Assembly (NCBI GenBank): GCA_027858745.1
Contig: JAQICB010000106.1
Span: 1 to 63,372, forward strand
Source of the DNA: Bacteroidales bacterium
GTDB lineage: Bacteria; Bacteroidota; Bacteroidia; Bacteroidales; UBA1715
Reading direction: 5' to 3'
Length of the DNA: 63,372 nucleotides
In this document: one piece after another, positions 48,970-58,800 of the stretch
Numbering within the stretch: position 1 is the first letter of the stretch
Layout of the letters: every line of letters begins with the position of its first letter
Notes under the pieces: model-generated
Seen by the model: the letters and a program-made list of their open reading frames with translations, nothing else
Told to the model about the DNA's origin: nothing
Databases searched by the model: none
Position numbers and translations under genes: made by a program

Positions 48970-49800
48970 ATGTTACCTCAATCAACATATAATATCGGAA
49001 TATTCGATTCCGGATATGGCGGTTTAACTATTCTTAAAGAAATTCTGTCTGTTGCTCCGCAATATAATTATGTATATCTCGGCGATAATGCTCGCGCTCC
49101 TTATGGAACTCGTTCATTCGAAACAGTGTATAAGTATACTCTCGAAGCGGTGCGGAAATTATTCGATCTCGATTGTAGTCTAATTATTATTGCCTGTAAT
49201 ACTGCTTCTGCAAAAGCATTACGAAGTATTCAACAACACGATTTACCATTACTTGCGCCCGAAAAACGAGTGCTTGGTGTCATTCGTCCCTGTACAGAGC
49301 AGGCAGACTCTTTTACTCATAATAAGAATCTTGGTATTTTTGCAACAAAAGGAACGGTGAATTCTCAATCGTATGAAATTGAGATTCGAAAATTTTCCCC
49401 CGATATTTCGGTAACATCACAGGCGTGTCCAATGTGGGTCCCACTCGTGGAAAATGGTGAAGCAGAATCTGAGGGAGCCGATTTCTTTGTTAAAAAAGAA
49501 ATAGCAGCATTGTTTTCTCAAAATAATTCAATTGATAGTGTGCTTTTAGGCTGCACTCATTATCCATTGCTTCTGTCTAAAATACAAGAATTTGTGCCGG
49601 CGGGAGTGCGTGTAATTAATCAAGGACATATTGTTGCTCAAAGTTTACACCGGTATTTAAATCGACATCAGGAGATTGAGCAATCTTTATTACAAGAGAG
49701 AAAACGTGTTTTTTACACAACCGACAGTTGTGAGCATTTTAATGCAATTGGCAGCACCTTTATTGGTGAGCCGATTTCTTCTCAAAAGATTTCATTGTAG
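48970..49800 (+). CDS. murI: glutamate racemase
   Basis: IGIFDSGYGGLT, ACNTAS and GCTHYP motifs. Confidence 0.9.
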   Translation: MLPQSTYNIGIFDSGYGGLTILKEILSVAPQYNYVYLGDNARAPYGTRSFETVYKYTLEAVRKLFDLDCSLIIIACNTASAKALRSIQQHDLPLLAPEKRVLGVIRPCTEQADSFTHNKNLGIFATKGTVNSQSYEIEIRKFSPDISVTSQACPMWVPLVENGEAESEGADFFVKKEIAALFSQNNSIDSVLLGCTHYPLLLSKIQEFVPAGVRVINQGHIVAQSLHRYLNRHQEIEQSLLQERKRVFYTTDSCEHFNAIGSTFIGEPISSQKISL

Positions 49801-49859
49801 TTTTTCTATGTACAAAGTCTCAAAGTTGTGGATAGAAATCGGTCAATTAAACGCTTAAA

Positions 49860-49971
49860 ACCTGAGTTCGATATAATTTAACGCAGAAAAACAGCTTTTT
49901 ATATCAACCGAGGACAAAGGACGAGCTCAGCGGAGCTAATCTGAACTCGAAAAATTACGTCGAACTCAGGT
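49860..49971 (+). mobile_element. MITE-like element, complete copy 5 (112 bp, shortest form)
   Basis: ACCTGAGTTCGATATAATTTAACGCAGAAAAA + core + right TIR. Flanked by TTAAA / TTAAA. Confidence 0.8.
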
Positions 49972-50007
49972 TTAAAATAACCCTACCCATAAGAAACGTA
50001 TTCATTC

Positions 50008-50520
50008 TTATTTGTACCAGCCGGAATACATCAAATAATTCTCTGAAATACCAATAATCATTTCGCGGGTTTGATCGGGGTCAATATCTTTCACTTTTTT
50101 TGCCGGAACTCCTGCATAAATACTGTTTGGTTCGAGAATTTCGCCACTTCGCACGAGAGAATTTGCTGCAATAATTGTGTTTTCATTAATAACCGCATCA
50201 TCCAAAATAGTTGCTCCCATACCAACCAACACATAATTCTGTATAATGGCACCATGAATCGTTACATTATGTCCGATTGAAACATTGTTGCCAATACGTA
50301 TTTTTGTTTTTTGATATAATGTGTGAAGAACGGCACCATCCTGAATGTTGACTTTATTGCCAATAGAAATTGAATTAACATCACCTCGAATTACCGCATT
50401 AAACCACACACTGCAATCGTTACCAATTTGTACATCTCCAATAATTGTTGCATTTTCTGCAAAAAAACAATTTTTTCCTATCTGAGGAGTAAATCCTCTC
50501 ACTGATTTAATGAGTGCCAT
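50008..50520 (-). CDS. gamma-carbonic-anhydrase-family hexapeptide-repeat protein
   Basis: 170 aa left-handed beta-helix repeats, with IGNDCSVWFNAVIRGD typical of the YrdA/PaaY-like family. Confidence 0.8.
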   Translation of the reverse strand: MALIKSVRGFTPQIGKNCFFAENATIIGDVQIGNDCSVWFNAVIRGDVNSISIGNKVNIQDGAVLHTLYQKTKIRIGNNVSIGHNVTIHGAIIQNYVLVGMGATILDDAVINENTIIAANSLVRSGEILEPNSIYAGVPAKKVKDIDPDQTREMIIGISENYLMYSGWYK

Positions 50521-50557
50521 ACCTAATTTTTTTTATCAAAAGTAGTAAAAAATGACA

Positions 50558-50595
50558 TAAAAAAAGCCATATACATTTTTTGTATATGGCTTTTC
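50558..50595 (-). terminator. rho-independent terminator after rplS
   Basis: GCCATATACA / TTTTT / TGTATATGGC with an A/T extension. About 7 U follow on the minus strand. Confidence 0.75.
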
Positions 50596-50621
50596 TCTAT
50601 TTTGAATAGATAACTATACTA

Positions 50622-50969
50622 TTAGTATCTTTTTTCTTTAATACGTGCTTTTTTACCGGTAAGTTCGCGTATGTAGAAAATACGTGCTCGTCGAACTTTA
50701 CCTTTTTTATTCACTTCAATTTTTTCAATCATTGGTGAATTTACCGGAATAATACGTTCAACACCAACATTACCAGACATTTTGCGAATAGTAAATGTTT
50801 CAGTATCATTTTCATTTCTGCGTTGTAAAACTACTCCACGGAAAAGCTGAATACGTTCTTTTTCACCCTCTTTAATTTTATAGTGAACAGTAATTGTGTC
50901 ACCACTTTTAAACTCAGGCCAGTCTTTTTTTTCTGTAATTTCTTTTTTTACTTCGTCTAATAAATTCAT
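50622..50969 (-). CDS. rplS: 50S ribosomal protein L19
   Basis: 115 aa: FKSGDTITVHYKIKEGEKERIQLFRGVV. Confidence 0.95.
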   Translation of the reverse strand: MNLLDEVKKEITEKKDWPEFKSGDTITVHYKIKEGEKERIQLFRGVVLQRRNENDTETFTIRKMSGNVGVERIIPVNSPMIEKIEVNKKGKVRRARIFYIRELTGKKARIKEKRY

Positions 50970-51063
50970 CGTATATAAATTTTATTTCCTTCGATTTAAA
51001 TGGCTGCAAAGATAAAACTTAATTTTTCAATTCAAATATTTTTTGCAAAAAAACATCTAATTT

Positions 51064-51927
51064 TTACAAAATAATTTTTTGGTTCAATATTTCTTGTGTC
51101 AGAATAATACTTTCTTTTGCTTCTTTCACATCATGAACGCGGAGAATAGAAGCACCGTTTAAAACACTAATTGTATGCAAAACACTTGTGCCATTAAGTG
51201 CTTCATGTGGCGTGCAATTTAATTTTTTGTATATCATGGATTTTCGTGAAACACCTATAAGAATGGGCTTTTGTAATGATTTGAAATAATCAATATTACG
51301 TAACACAAAATAATTTTGCTCCAGTGTTTTGCTAAATCCCAATCCGGGATCGAGTATGATATGAGGGACTGAATATGCTTGAGCCTGTTTTATTTTTTCT
51401 TGAAAAAAATCTTTAATCTCTGCGAGAATATTTGAATATTCTGTATGGTTTTGCATCGTTTGGGGAGTTCCTCTCATATGCATGCAAATGTATGGTAATT
51501 GCAATTTTCCGCAGGTTTTAATCATTTCAGAATCAAAATTTCCGCCCGAAATGTCATTTACGATTATCGGACCAATTGCTTCATATATTTTTTTGATAAC
51601 CGAGCTGCGAAAACTGTCAATTGAAATAGGAATGTGTGGGTAGTTTTTTCGAATAGCAATACAATTTTTTTTGAGACGTTCACATTCTTCGTTTTCATCT
51701 ATAGAATCAGCTCCGGGTCTCGATGAATATGCACCTATATCTATAATATCTGCCCCCTCACGAAGCATTTTCTCGACGTGTTGTAATAGTTCTTTTTCGC
51801 AGGTATGTTTACCACCATCATAAAATGAATCGGGGGTAATGTTTACAATTCCCATGATGACAGGACTTTTTAGTGAGTTGAAATTAATATGCTTTGGCAT
51901 TTTATTATTATTTTTTCTCTTTATCAA
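51064..51927 (-). CDS. folP: dihydropteroate synthase
   Basis: GIVNITPDSFYDGG and DPGLGFSK motifs. The start may be the internal MPKHINF. Confidence 0.9.
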   Translation of the reverse strand: MIKRKNNNKMPKHINFNSLKSPVIMGIVNITPDSFYDGGKHTCEKELLQHVEKMLREGADIIDIGAYSSRPGADSIDENEECERLKKNCIAIRKNYPHIPISIDSFRSSVIKKIYEAIGPIIVNDISGGNFDSEMIKTCGKLQLPYICMHMRGTPQTMQNHTEYSNILAEIKDFFQEKIKQAQAYSVPHIILDPGLGFSKTLEQNYFVLRNIDYFKSLQKPILIGVSRKSMIYKKLNCTPHEALNGTSVLHTISVLNGASILRVHDVKEAKESIILTQEILNQKIIL

Positions 51928-51984
51928 ATCAATATATCTAATATATTTTTATTTTTGTACAAAAAAAGGAAAAAAATCAGTAAC

Positions 51985-52539
51985 ATGGGTAAAACTGAGG
52001 AACAGTTTAAATCTGTTAAAAAAATATGTGTAGATATTTTTGAGAAAAAATATGATGATTATGGTACTGCGTGGCGAATAATGCGCCCCGAATCCGTTAC
52101 TGATCAGATTTTTATAAAAGCTCAGAGAATTAAAAGTATTGACCTTGCCGGTGAATCGAAGGTAGATGAAGGTGCTATTTCTGAGTTTATTGGCATAGTA
52201 AATTATGGTATAATTGGCTTAATCCAGTTGGAATTACCGGATGATGAGCCTGTGGAGTTGGAAAAACAAAAAACTATACGTTTCTATTCAACATATTTTG
52301 ATAAAGCACAAAGTCTTATGTTAGATAAGAATCACGATTATGGCGAAGCATGGCGATCTATGAGAGTGAGTTCATATACTGACCTGATTCTTATGAAAGT
52401 GCACAGGACAAAGCAGATTGAAGATAATAAGGGCAAAACAAAAATTTCTGAAGGAATTGATGCCAATTATTATGACATGATTAATTATTCTGTGTTTGCT
52501 CTCATTAAACTTGTGTTGGAAGAAAGTATTAATAAATAA
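51985..52539 (+). CDS. DUF1599 protein (two tandem DUF1599-like units)
   Basis: The likely start is MGKTEEQ (51985); the ORF track start at 51889 overlaps the folP start. The unit K..DYG.AWR.MR..S.TD.I..K..R.K.I occurs twice. Confidence 0.7.
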   Translation: MGKTEEQFKSVKKICVDIFEKKYDDYGTAWRIMRPESVTDQIFIKAQRIKSIDLAGESKVDEGAISEFIGIVNYGIIGLIQLELPDDEPVELEKQKTIRFYSTYFDKAQSLMLDKNHDYGEAWRSMRVSSYTDLILMKVHRTKQIEDNKGKTKISEGIDANYYDMINYSVFALIKLVLEESINK

Positions 52540-52550
52540 AATCTAATCGT

Positions 52551-53906
52551 ATGGAAGCAAAAAAAAGAATATTTCATGTTTTAGGATTAATAGGTGTTTT
52601 TATTTCACTTTTTTTATTTAAATCCTTTTCTAATTTTGAAGATGCAATTTGGGGGAAGTTGTGGGTTTTTCTTGGTATGCTTCTCATAGCATCTGTCAGC
52701 TTTGCTTTTATTTTTAATAAACAGAAATATACCCTGCATGCTGCCCGAATTTTTTCGGGGATAGTATTTATTTTTTCCGGTTTTGTGAAAGCGGTTGATC
52801 CTCTTGGTTCTAAATATAAATTTATCGATTATTTTTCTGCCTGGGGGCTTGATTTTCTGGAGCCGACAGCCTTGACCTTCGGAATCATTTTGAGTACCAT
52901 AGAATTAGTTGTTGGCTTGATGTTGTTGTTCAAAATTTTTCCAAAAATATCGACTTTGCTTGCTCTTTTATTTATGCTTGGTTTTACCCCGATAACTTTA
53001 TACCTTGCTTTGCAAGAGAATATTACAGGTGCCGAATTGGTGCATGATTGTGGCTGTTTTGGCGATGCGTTGATTTTAACAAACTGGCAAACATTTGTGA
53101 AAAATCTGATAATTCTTCTGCCGATTGTATTTATCTTCTTTAAACGAAAATCATTTCCTAATCTTATAACATATGTAAAAACCGGAAAGCTTGTTGTTTT
53201 TTTGGTGATTATATCGTTGTTATTGTCGGTGTATGCTTTACGAAATTTGCCTCCAATAGATTTTAGACCGTACAAAATCGGTACTAAATTAGTGAGTGCA
53301 AACTGTACTGATGGATTGCAGAATTCTGTTGAAAAAATATTGTATGCAGAATTTGTTAATACAAAAACAGGTAAGCGAAAAGAATTTAATATTTCGACCG
53401 ATTATCCTCAATCTCCTGAGTGGGAATTTGATGTAGAAAAACCGGTTCGCGAAGTTGAAATTGATAATAAAAATTATAGTCTTGATTCTTTATTCCCCGG
53501 GCAAGATGTGTATAAAGTTGATAATTTTTTGTTTAGCAAAAATTCCGAAGAACGTACCTGCGATATTATTTCTGACACGAATTATGTGTTTTTGATAGTT
53601 GCTTACGACATCAAAACAACCAATAAAGACGCTATGAAACGAATAAATATGATTCATTTATGGGCATCGGAAAATGGCTATGCTTTTTATGGCGCAACCT
53701 CAAGTTTAGATGATGAGGTGCACAAGTTTAAAAAAGAAACGAATACCCAATTCACATTTTTAGATGGTGATGATATTCCATTTAAAACTATTGTACGAGC
53801 CAATCCCGGTATTGTATTGTTGAAAAACGGTGTTATTTTAGGTAAATGGCATTATAGAAATATTCCTTCTGTTGAGGAATTTGAAAAAAATGTAATTAAT
53901 AATTAA
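52551..53906 (+). CDS. BT_3928-like membrane protein (DoxX-like N-terminal TM domain + soluble C-terminal domain)
   Basis: About 5-6 TM helices, then a ~200-aa hydrophilic domain. Conserved position between DUF1599 and tpiA. Confidence 0.6.
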   Translation: MEAKKRIFHVLGLIGVFISLFLFKSFSNFEDAIWGKLWVFLGMLLIASVSFAFIFNKQKYTLHAARIFSGIVFIFSGFVKAVDPLGSKYKFIDYFSAWGLDFLEPTALTFGIILSTIELVVGLMLLFKIFPKISTLLALLFMLGFTPITLYLALQENITGAELVHDCGCFGDALILTNWQTFVKNLIILLPIVFIFFKRKSFPNLITYVKTGKLVVFLVIISLLLSVYALRNLPPIDFRPYKIGTKLVSANCTDGLQNSVEKILYAEFVNTKTGKRKEFNISTDYPQSPEWEFDVEKPVREVEIDNKNYSLDSLFPGQDVYKVDNFLFSKNSEERTCDIISDTNYVFLIVAYDIKTTNKDAMKRINMIHLWASENGYAFYGATSSLDDEVHKFKKETNTQFTFLDGDDIPFKTIVRANPGIVLLKNGVILGKWHYRNIPSVEEFEKNVINN

Positions 53907-53920
53907 TAAATATAAATAAT

Positions 53921-54670
53921 ATGAGAAAAAAAGTAGTTGCAGGAAATTGGAAATGTAATACAAATTTGCAAGAAGGTATTGCTCTTGCAAAAGAGGTTAA
54001 TGATATTGTATCTGTAGATGATGTGGTGGTTGTATTAGGAACACCGTTTGTGCATATTACAGAGGTTGCAAAAACAGTAACGAACCCTGCTGTTTCTGTT
54101 TCGGCACAAAACTGTGCAGCAGAGCCTAAAGGTGCATTCACCGGTGAGGTGTCTGCCGAAATGATAGCGTCAACAGGTGCAAAATATGTGATTTTAGGAC
54201 ATAGCGAACGACGTGAGTATTATGGAGAAACAAGTGAGATACTCAATAAAAAATTAGCTTTAGTGTTAGAAAACAAATTGACACCAATTTATTGTTGTGG
54301 CGAGCCTTTAGAAATTCGCGAGGCTGGTACACAAAATGAGTATGTAATTAAGCAGTTGCAAGAAACTATTTTTACCTTGCCGGTAGAAGAGTTCAAAAAA
54401 TTGATTCTTGCATACGAACCAATATGGGCAATTGGTACAGGGAAAACAGCTACAACTGAACAAGCACAAGAAATACACAAAACTATTCGTGACGCTATTG
54501 CTGCGAAATTTGGACAAGATGTTGCTGATGAAATTTCTATTTTATATGGTGGAAGTTGTAATGCTAAAAATGCGAAAGAATTATTTGCAAATCCTGATGT
54601 AGACGGTGGTCTTATTGGCGGTGCTTCGCTTAAAGCCGAAGATTTCAATGCAATTATTACTTCATACTAA
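53921..54670 (+). CDS. tpiA: triose-phosphate isomerase
   Basis: [14 protein letters not shown] and [11 protein letters not shown] motifs. Confidence 0.95.
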   Translation: MRKKVVAGNWKCNTNLQEGIALAKEVNDIVSVDDVVVVLGTPFVHITEVAKTVTNPAVSVSAQNCAAEPKGAFTGEVSAEMIASTGAKYVILGHSERREYYGETSEILNKKLALVLENKLTPIYCCGEPLEIREAGTQNEYVIKQLQETIFTLPVEEFKKLILAYEPIWAIGTGKTATTEQAQEIHKTIRDAIAAKFGQDVADEISILYGGSCNAKNAKELFANPDVDGGLIGGASLKAEDFNAIITSY

Positions 54671-54697
54671 GAATGAAGAATAGATAAAATAGTATAT

Positions 54698-54727
54698 AAA
54701 AGCAGAGATTATTCTCTGCTTTTTTTT
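54698..54727 (+). terminator. rho-independent terminator after tpiA
   Basis: AGCAGAGA / TTAT / TCTCTGCT followed by TTTTTTT. Confidence 0.75.
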
Positions 54728-54743
54728 GTACTGAAAACTTTAA

Positions 54744-54900
54744 ACCTGAGTTCGACGTAATTTTTCGAGTTCAGATTAGCTCCGCTGAGCTCGTCCTTTG
54801 TCCTCGGTTGATATAAAAAGCCGTTATTATTTCATTATTTTTGATTGAACTTTACTATTTATAAGCGTTATGAACCTAAAAAATTATATTGAACTCTGGT
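54744..54900 (-). mobile_element. MITE-like element, complete copy 6 (157 bp, reverse orientation, carries extra module X)
   Basis: ACCTGAGTTCGACGTAATTTTTCGAGTTCAGATT + core ... AACCTAAAAAATTATATTGAACTCTGGT. Flanked by TTTAA / TTTAA. Confidence 0.8.
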
Positions 54901-54974
54901 TTTAAGGTGATTTTTTCGTAGAGCTTCATATGAAGATAGAATTTTGAGCAACAAGACAGAAATTAAATAAACTA

Positions 54975-55817
54975 ATGAATAAAAACTATATCGAAATACA
55001 GATAAATGTTCAAGGCAAACAAGCCTATGCAAATGATATAATAGTAGCCTATTTATCTGAAATAGGATTTGATAGTTTTACGGAAGCCAATCGCATTGTC
55101 TCTTGCTATATACAAGAAACGAAATTTGATGAGGTGCAATTTAACGATACTATTGAATTGATAACAGCCATTCTTGGTGAGTGTGAATTCGAGAAAAAAA
55201 TCATTCCCTATACCAATTGGAACAAAGAATGGGAATCGCATTTTCAACCGGTGTTTGTCGACTCTTTTTGTGTTGTGCGAGCACCATTTCACGATAGTTT
55301 CGAAGGCTTTGATTATTCCGTTACCATAGAACCCAAAATGTCTTTTGGTACCGGACATCACGAAACCACATATCTTATTTTACAATACCTGTCGCAATTA
55401 GATTTGGTCGGGAAAACAGTTGCTGATTGTGGTTGTGGAACCGGTGTTCTGGGGATATTGGCATCAATGTGCGGTGCTCGTTCAGTCTTTGCATTCGACA
55501 ATGATGAGATATGTTATGAAAACACCATAGAAAATGCCAAACTCAATACGGTGAACAATATTACCGTTTCACACGGGGATGTGTCGGTTTTGTGCGATAC
55601 GTATGATATTATGCTTGCTAATATAAATAGAAATGTATTGACCACACACATGAAAAAAATAGCAAAATCTTTGAAATCAGGCGGATTGCTCATTATGAGT
55701 GGTTTTTATGAAAAAGATATAGCTATAATTTCTGAACAGGCATTGTTGAATAAATTAAAATTTGTATATTTCAACACTAAAAATAATTGGACAATAACAG
55801 TTTTTTCAAAAGAGTAA
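54975..55817 (+). CDS. prmA: ribosomal protein L11 methyltransferase
   Basis: FGTGHHETT and DCGCGTGVLGI SAM-binding motifs. Confidence 0.85.
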   Translation: MNKNYIEIQINVQGKQAYANDIIVAYLSEIGFDSFTEANRIVSCYIQETKFDEVQFNDTIELITAILGECEFEKKIIPYTNWNKEWESHFQPVFVDSFCVVRAPFHDSFEGFDYSVTIEPKMSFGTGHHETTYLILQYLSQLDLVGKTVADCGCGTGVLGILASMCGARSVFAFDNDEICYENTIENAKLNTVNNITVSHGDVSVLCDTYDIMLANINRNVLTTHMKKIAKSLKSGGLLIMSGFYEKDIAIISEQALLNKLKFVYFNTKNNWTITVFSKE

Positions 55818-55822
55818 TTATT

Positions 55823-58800
55823 ATGGTAAATTTTAAGCGAGGTACGGTTTTATTTTTAATATTTGTTATTTCACTTTCCGGGTTTTCTCAGGTGAAAGAG
55901 TTTGCTGAAAATAGAGAATTGTTTTTTGAACAGTTAGATGAAGTATTTAGTAATTCATCAAAATCAAAAGAATTAAATAAATTTCATAAAGATTTAGAAA
56001 AATATTGGGAGTCGGGTGCTGTTTCTGATGAGGAGCATAAACGCATTGTTGCTACGTCAAATGTGTTATTATCAAAACATGGACGAGCTTTTCCTCACTT
56101 TTTTCACTATCTCACAGCTGTTCGCTTGTTTTTTGAGACCGAACACAGTATGCCGAGTTATTATGAGTGGGATCAAGCATTACAGTATGTTGTTCTTAAT
56201 AAAGGAATGAATGCAACCGATCGTTTTTTGCAAAGTTCTATTATATTATTACAGGATAACAAATTATATGAATCTTCATCTTCAACTTGGCGAGCTGCTC
56301 GACTTCGTGCATTTGAATATTCATACAATGAAGAAAATCATGAAGTACGAATTACGTTTCCACCAACCGATTTGATTTGTGAATCTGCCGGAAATGAATT
56401 TATTTTATATCAAGCTGCCGGGTATTATTTGCCTTTCGAAAGTTTGTGGATTGGAGAAAGCGGAAAAGTGAGTTGGGAACGTGCCGGTTTTAATAGTGAG
56501 GCTGTGTTTGCCGATTTGTCAAGTTATGAGATTAATATGAAAAAGAGTAACTATGAGGCTGATTCTGTTTCGTTTACTAATAAGAATTATTTTGATGAAC
56601 CTCTGTTAGGGCATCTTTCCGAAAAAACAGTACACGTGAGAGATCCTAAGAGTGTTTCTTATCCTCGGTTTGAATCGTATCAGCAAATTTTTGAGATTCA
56701 AGATATTTATCCCGGCATTAATTATAAAGGTGGTTTGTCTATGTATGGGGCTCGTGTTATTGGTTCCGGTACAAAAGAAAATCCGGCGACCCTTCGGTTC
56801 GAACGAGGTGATTCTACTATTGTATTCTGTCGTTCAGAAGATTTTATTTTTAACCCGAAAGATGTTATTGGGAGAAATACGGAAATTAGTATTTATATCG
56901 CACAAGATTCTATTTATCATCCCGGTTTGTTATTCCGGTATAATGTCCCGAAATCTCAATTGGCACTTATTCGTAATGAAGATTCCGAGAACTTGTCGCG
57001 TGCTTTGTATACGAATTCCTATCATCAAATTAGTATGGATTTTCCACAGCTTACATGGAATATTAATGAGCTAACCATGAAAATGGGAGGGATGGAAGGT
57101 TCTTCGGTTAATAAAGCTAGTTTTGAGTCAGTAAATTATTTTAGAGCTGCTCTTTTTAATGAATTGGGAATGTATGACAGAACGCATCCTTTGATTGCCT
57201 TGGTGAAGATGGAAAAACAAATGGGTTCGAAGCAGTTTACCTTAATAGATTTTTCGAATTACCTTCGCATTCAGCCGGTCGCGGTTGAACAAATGTGTTT
57301 GAATTTATTTTATAAGGGTTTTATCGATTATGATGTGGACGATAAGACAATTGAAATTAGCCCTAAAGTCGAAAAATTTATTCGTTCGCGTATGGGGCAA
57401 ATTGATTATGACGTTATTCGGTTTAATTCGGAACATGATGTGCGAGATTTGCATAATGGATTGTTAGATTTATCAACATTTGATCTTGAAATGAATGGGG
57501 TGTCTGAAATTCAGGTAAGTGACTCGCAAAATGTGATTTTCTATCCTCGCGGTAGTCAAATTACCATGACCAAAAATAGAAATTTTACCTTTGATGGAAT
57601 TATAGAATCGGGTCTGTTTACGTATTACGGACGTGGATTTGACTTTAATTATGAGGACTTTAAAATTGGTTTGAAAAATGTTGATTCGCTTAAAATAAAA
57701 GTTCGAACGTTTAAGGTAAATGAATATGGAATTCAACCTCTTGTTAACATTAAAAATGCAATTCAGAATGTGACCGGTGAAATTCTTATTGATGATCCGG
57801 ATAATAAATCTTCGGTGAAAGATTTTCCTGAATATCCTATTTTCGATAGTAAAAAGCACTCTTTTGTGTATTATGATTATCCTGCTATATATAAAGGTGT
57901 ATATGAACGAGAAGATTTCTACTTTAAGGTCGATCCGTATGTGATTGATAGTATCAATAGTTTTTCTACTGAAGGGCTGTTTTTTGATGGTGAGTTTAAG
58001 TCTGCCGACATTTTTGAAACTATGCGTGAGAAAATTGTGGTGCAACAAGATTATTCTTTTGGTTTCACTCGTGTTACTGGTGCGGGAGGATATCCTGTTT
58101 ACAAAGGGAAGGGTACATTTACCGATACTATTAATTTAAGTTTTAAGGGGCTTCGCGGATTTGGTCGAATTGATTACTTAAACACCTTTGCTGAATCTTC
58201 ACAAGGAATTACTTTTTTCCCCGATTCGGCAAAAGGATTGGCTGATAAATATCATATAGAACGACGTTCGAAATCGCAAGGTGCCGAATATCCTGAAGTG
58301 AACGGTGAACAAATTAATATTACCTGGATGCCGTATGAAGACCGATGGGTTTCTGAAGAAACCGGGAAGGCATTCAAAATGTATGGCGATACCACATTCC
58401 TTACCGGTGGTTTGATTTATACACCTACCGGCTTATCAGGATGGGGCCGATATGTCTTTAGTGAGGCGGTTCTGAATTCGAAAGAATATAATTTTAAGGA
58501 AAAAGAGGTGCTTGCCGATCATTCAAGTTTTGATTTATCGTCGGGCGGAAAACTCGAAGATATGGCGTTTCAGACAGAAAACGTTAAGACCTACGTGAAT
58601 TTTGAAACGAAAAAGGCAAACTTTAAGGCAAACGATGATTTAACTATCGTTAAATTTCCACAAAATAAATATATCTGTTACTTGAATCAATTTACCTGGG
58701 ATATGGTAACCAAACAAATTGAGTTGGGTGACCCGAAAGCATTAACGCAAGATGTGCCGGCAGGTTTGCACTTCTATTCTCGCTTAATGAGTCAGGATAC

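Noticed and set aside
51889-51984. N-terminal extensions offered by the ORF track (51889 for DUF1599, 55787 for the large protein, 62025 for mltG, 14391 for rocD, 43770 for the second barrel protein, 18352 for ftsY)
   Set aside because: The extensions overlap neighbouring genes or precede an obvious signal peptide or conserved N-terminus. Internal ATGs give better-fitting starts, though this cannot be proven without homologue alignment.
57473-58048. 191-aa minus-strand ORF, along with similar antisense ORFs at 52829-53275, 17985-18404, 55053-55361, 60236-60553, 24131-24451 and elsewhere
   Set aside because: All lie entirely inside longer ORFs on the other strand that have clear family motifs. 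Their translations are low-complexity (Ile/Phe/Lys/Asn-rich), as expected for the antisense of AT-rich coding DNA.
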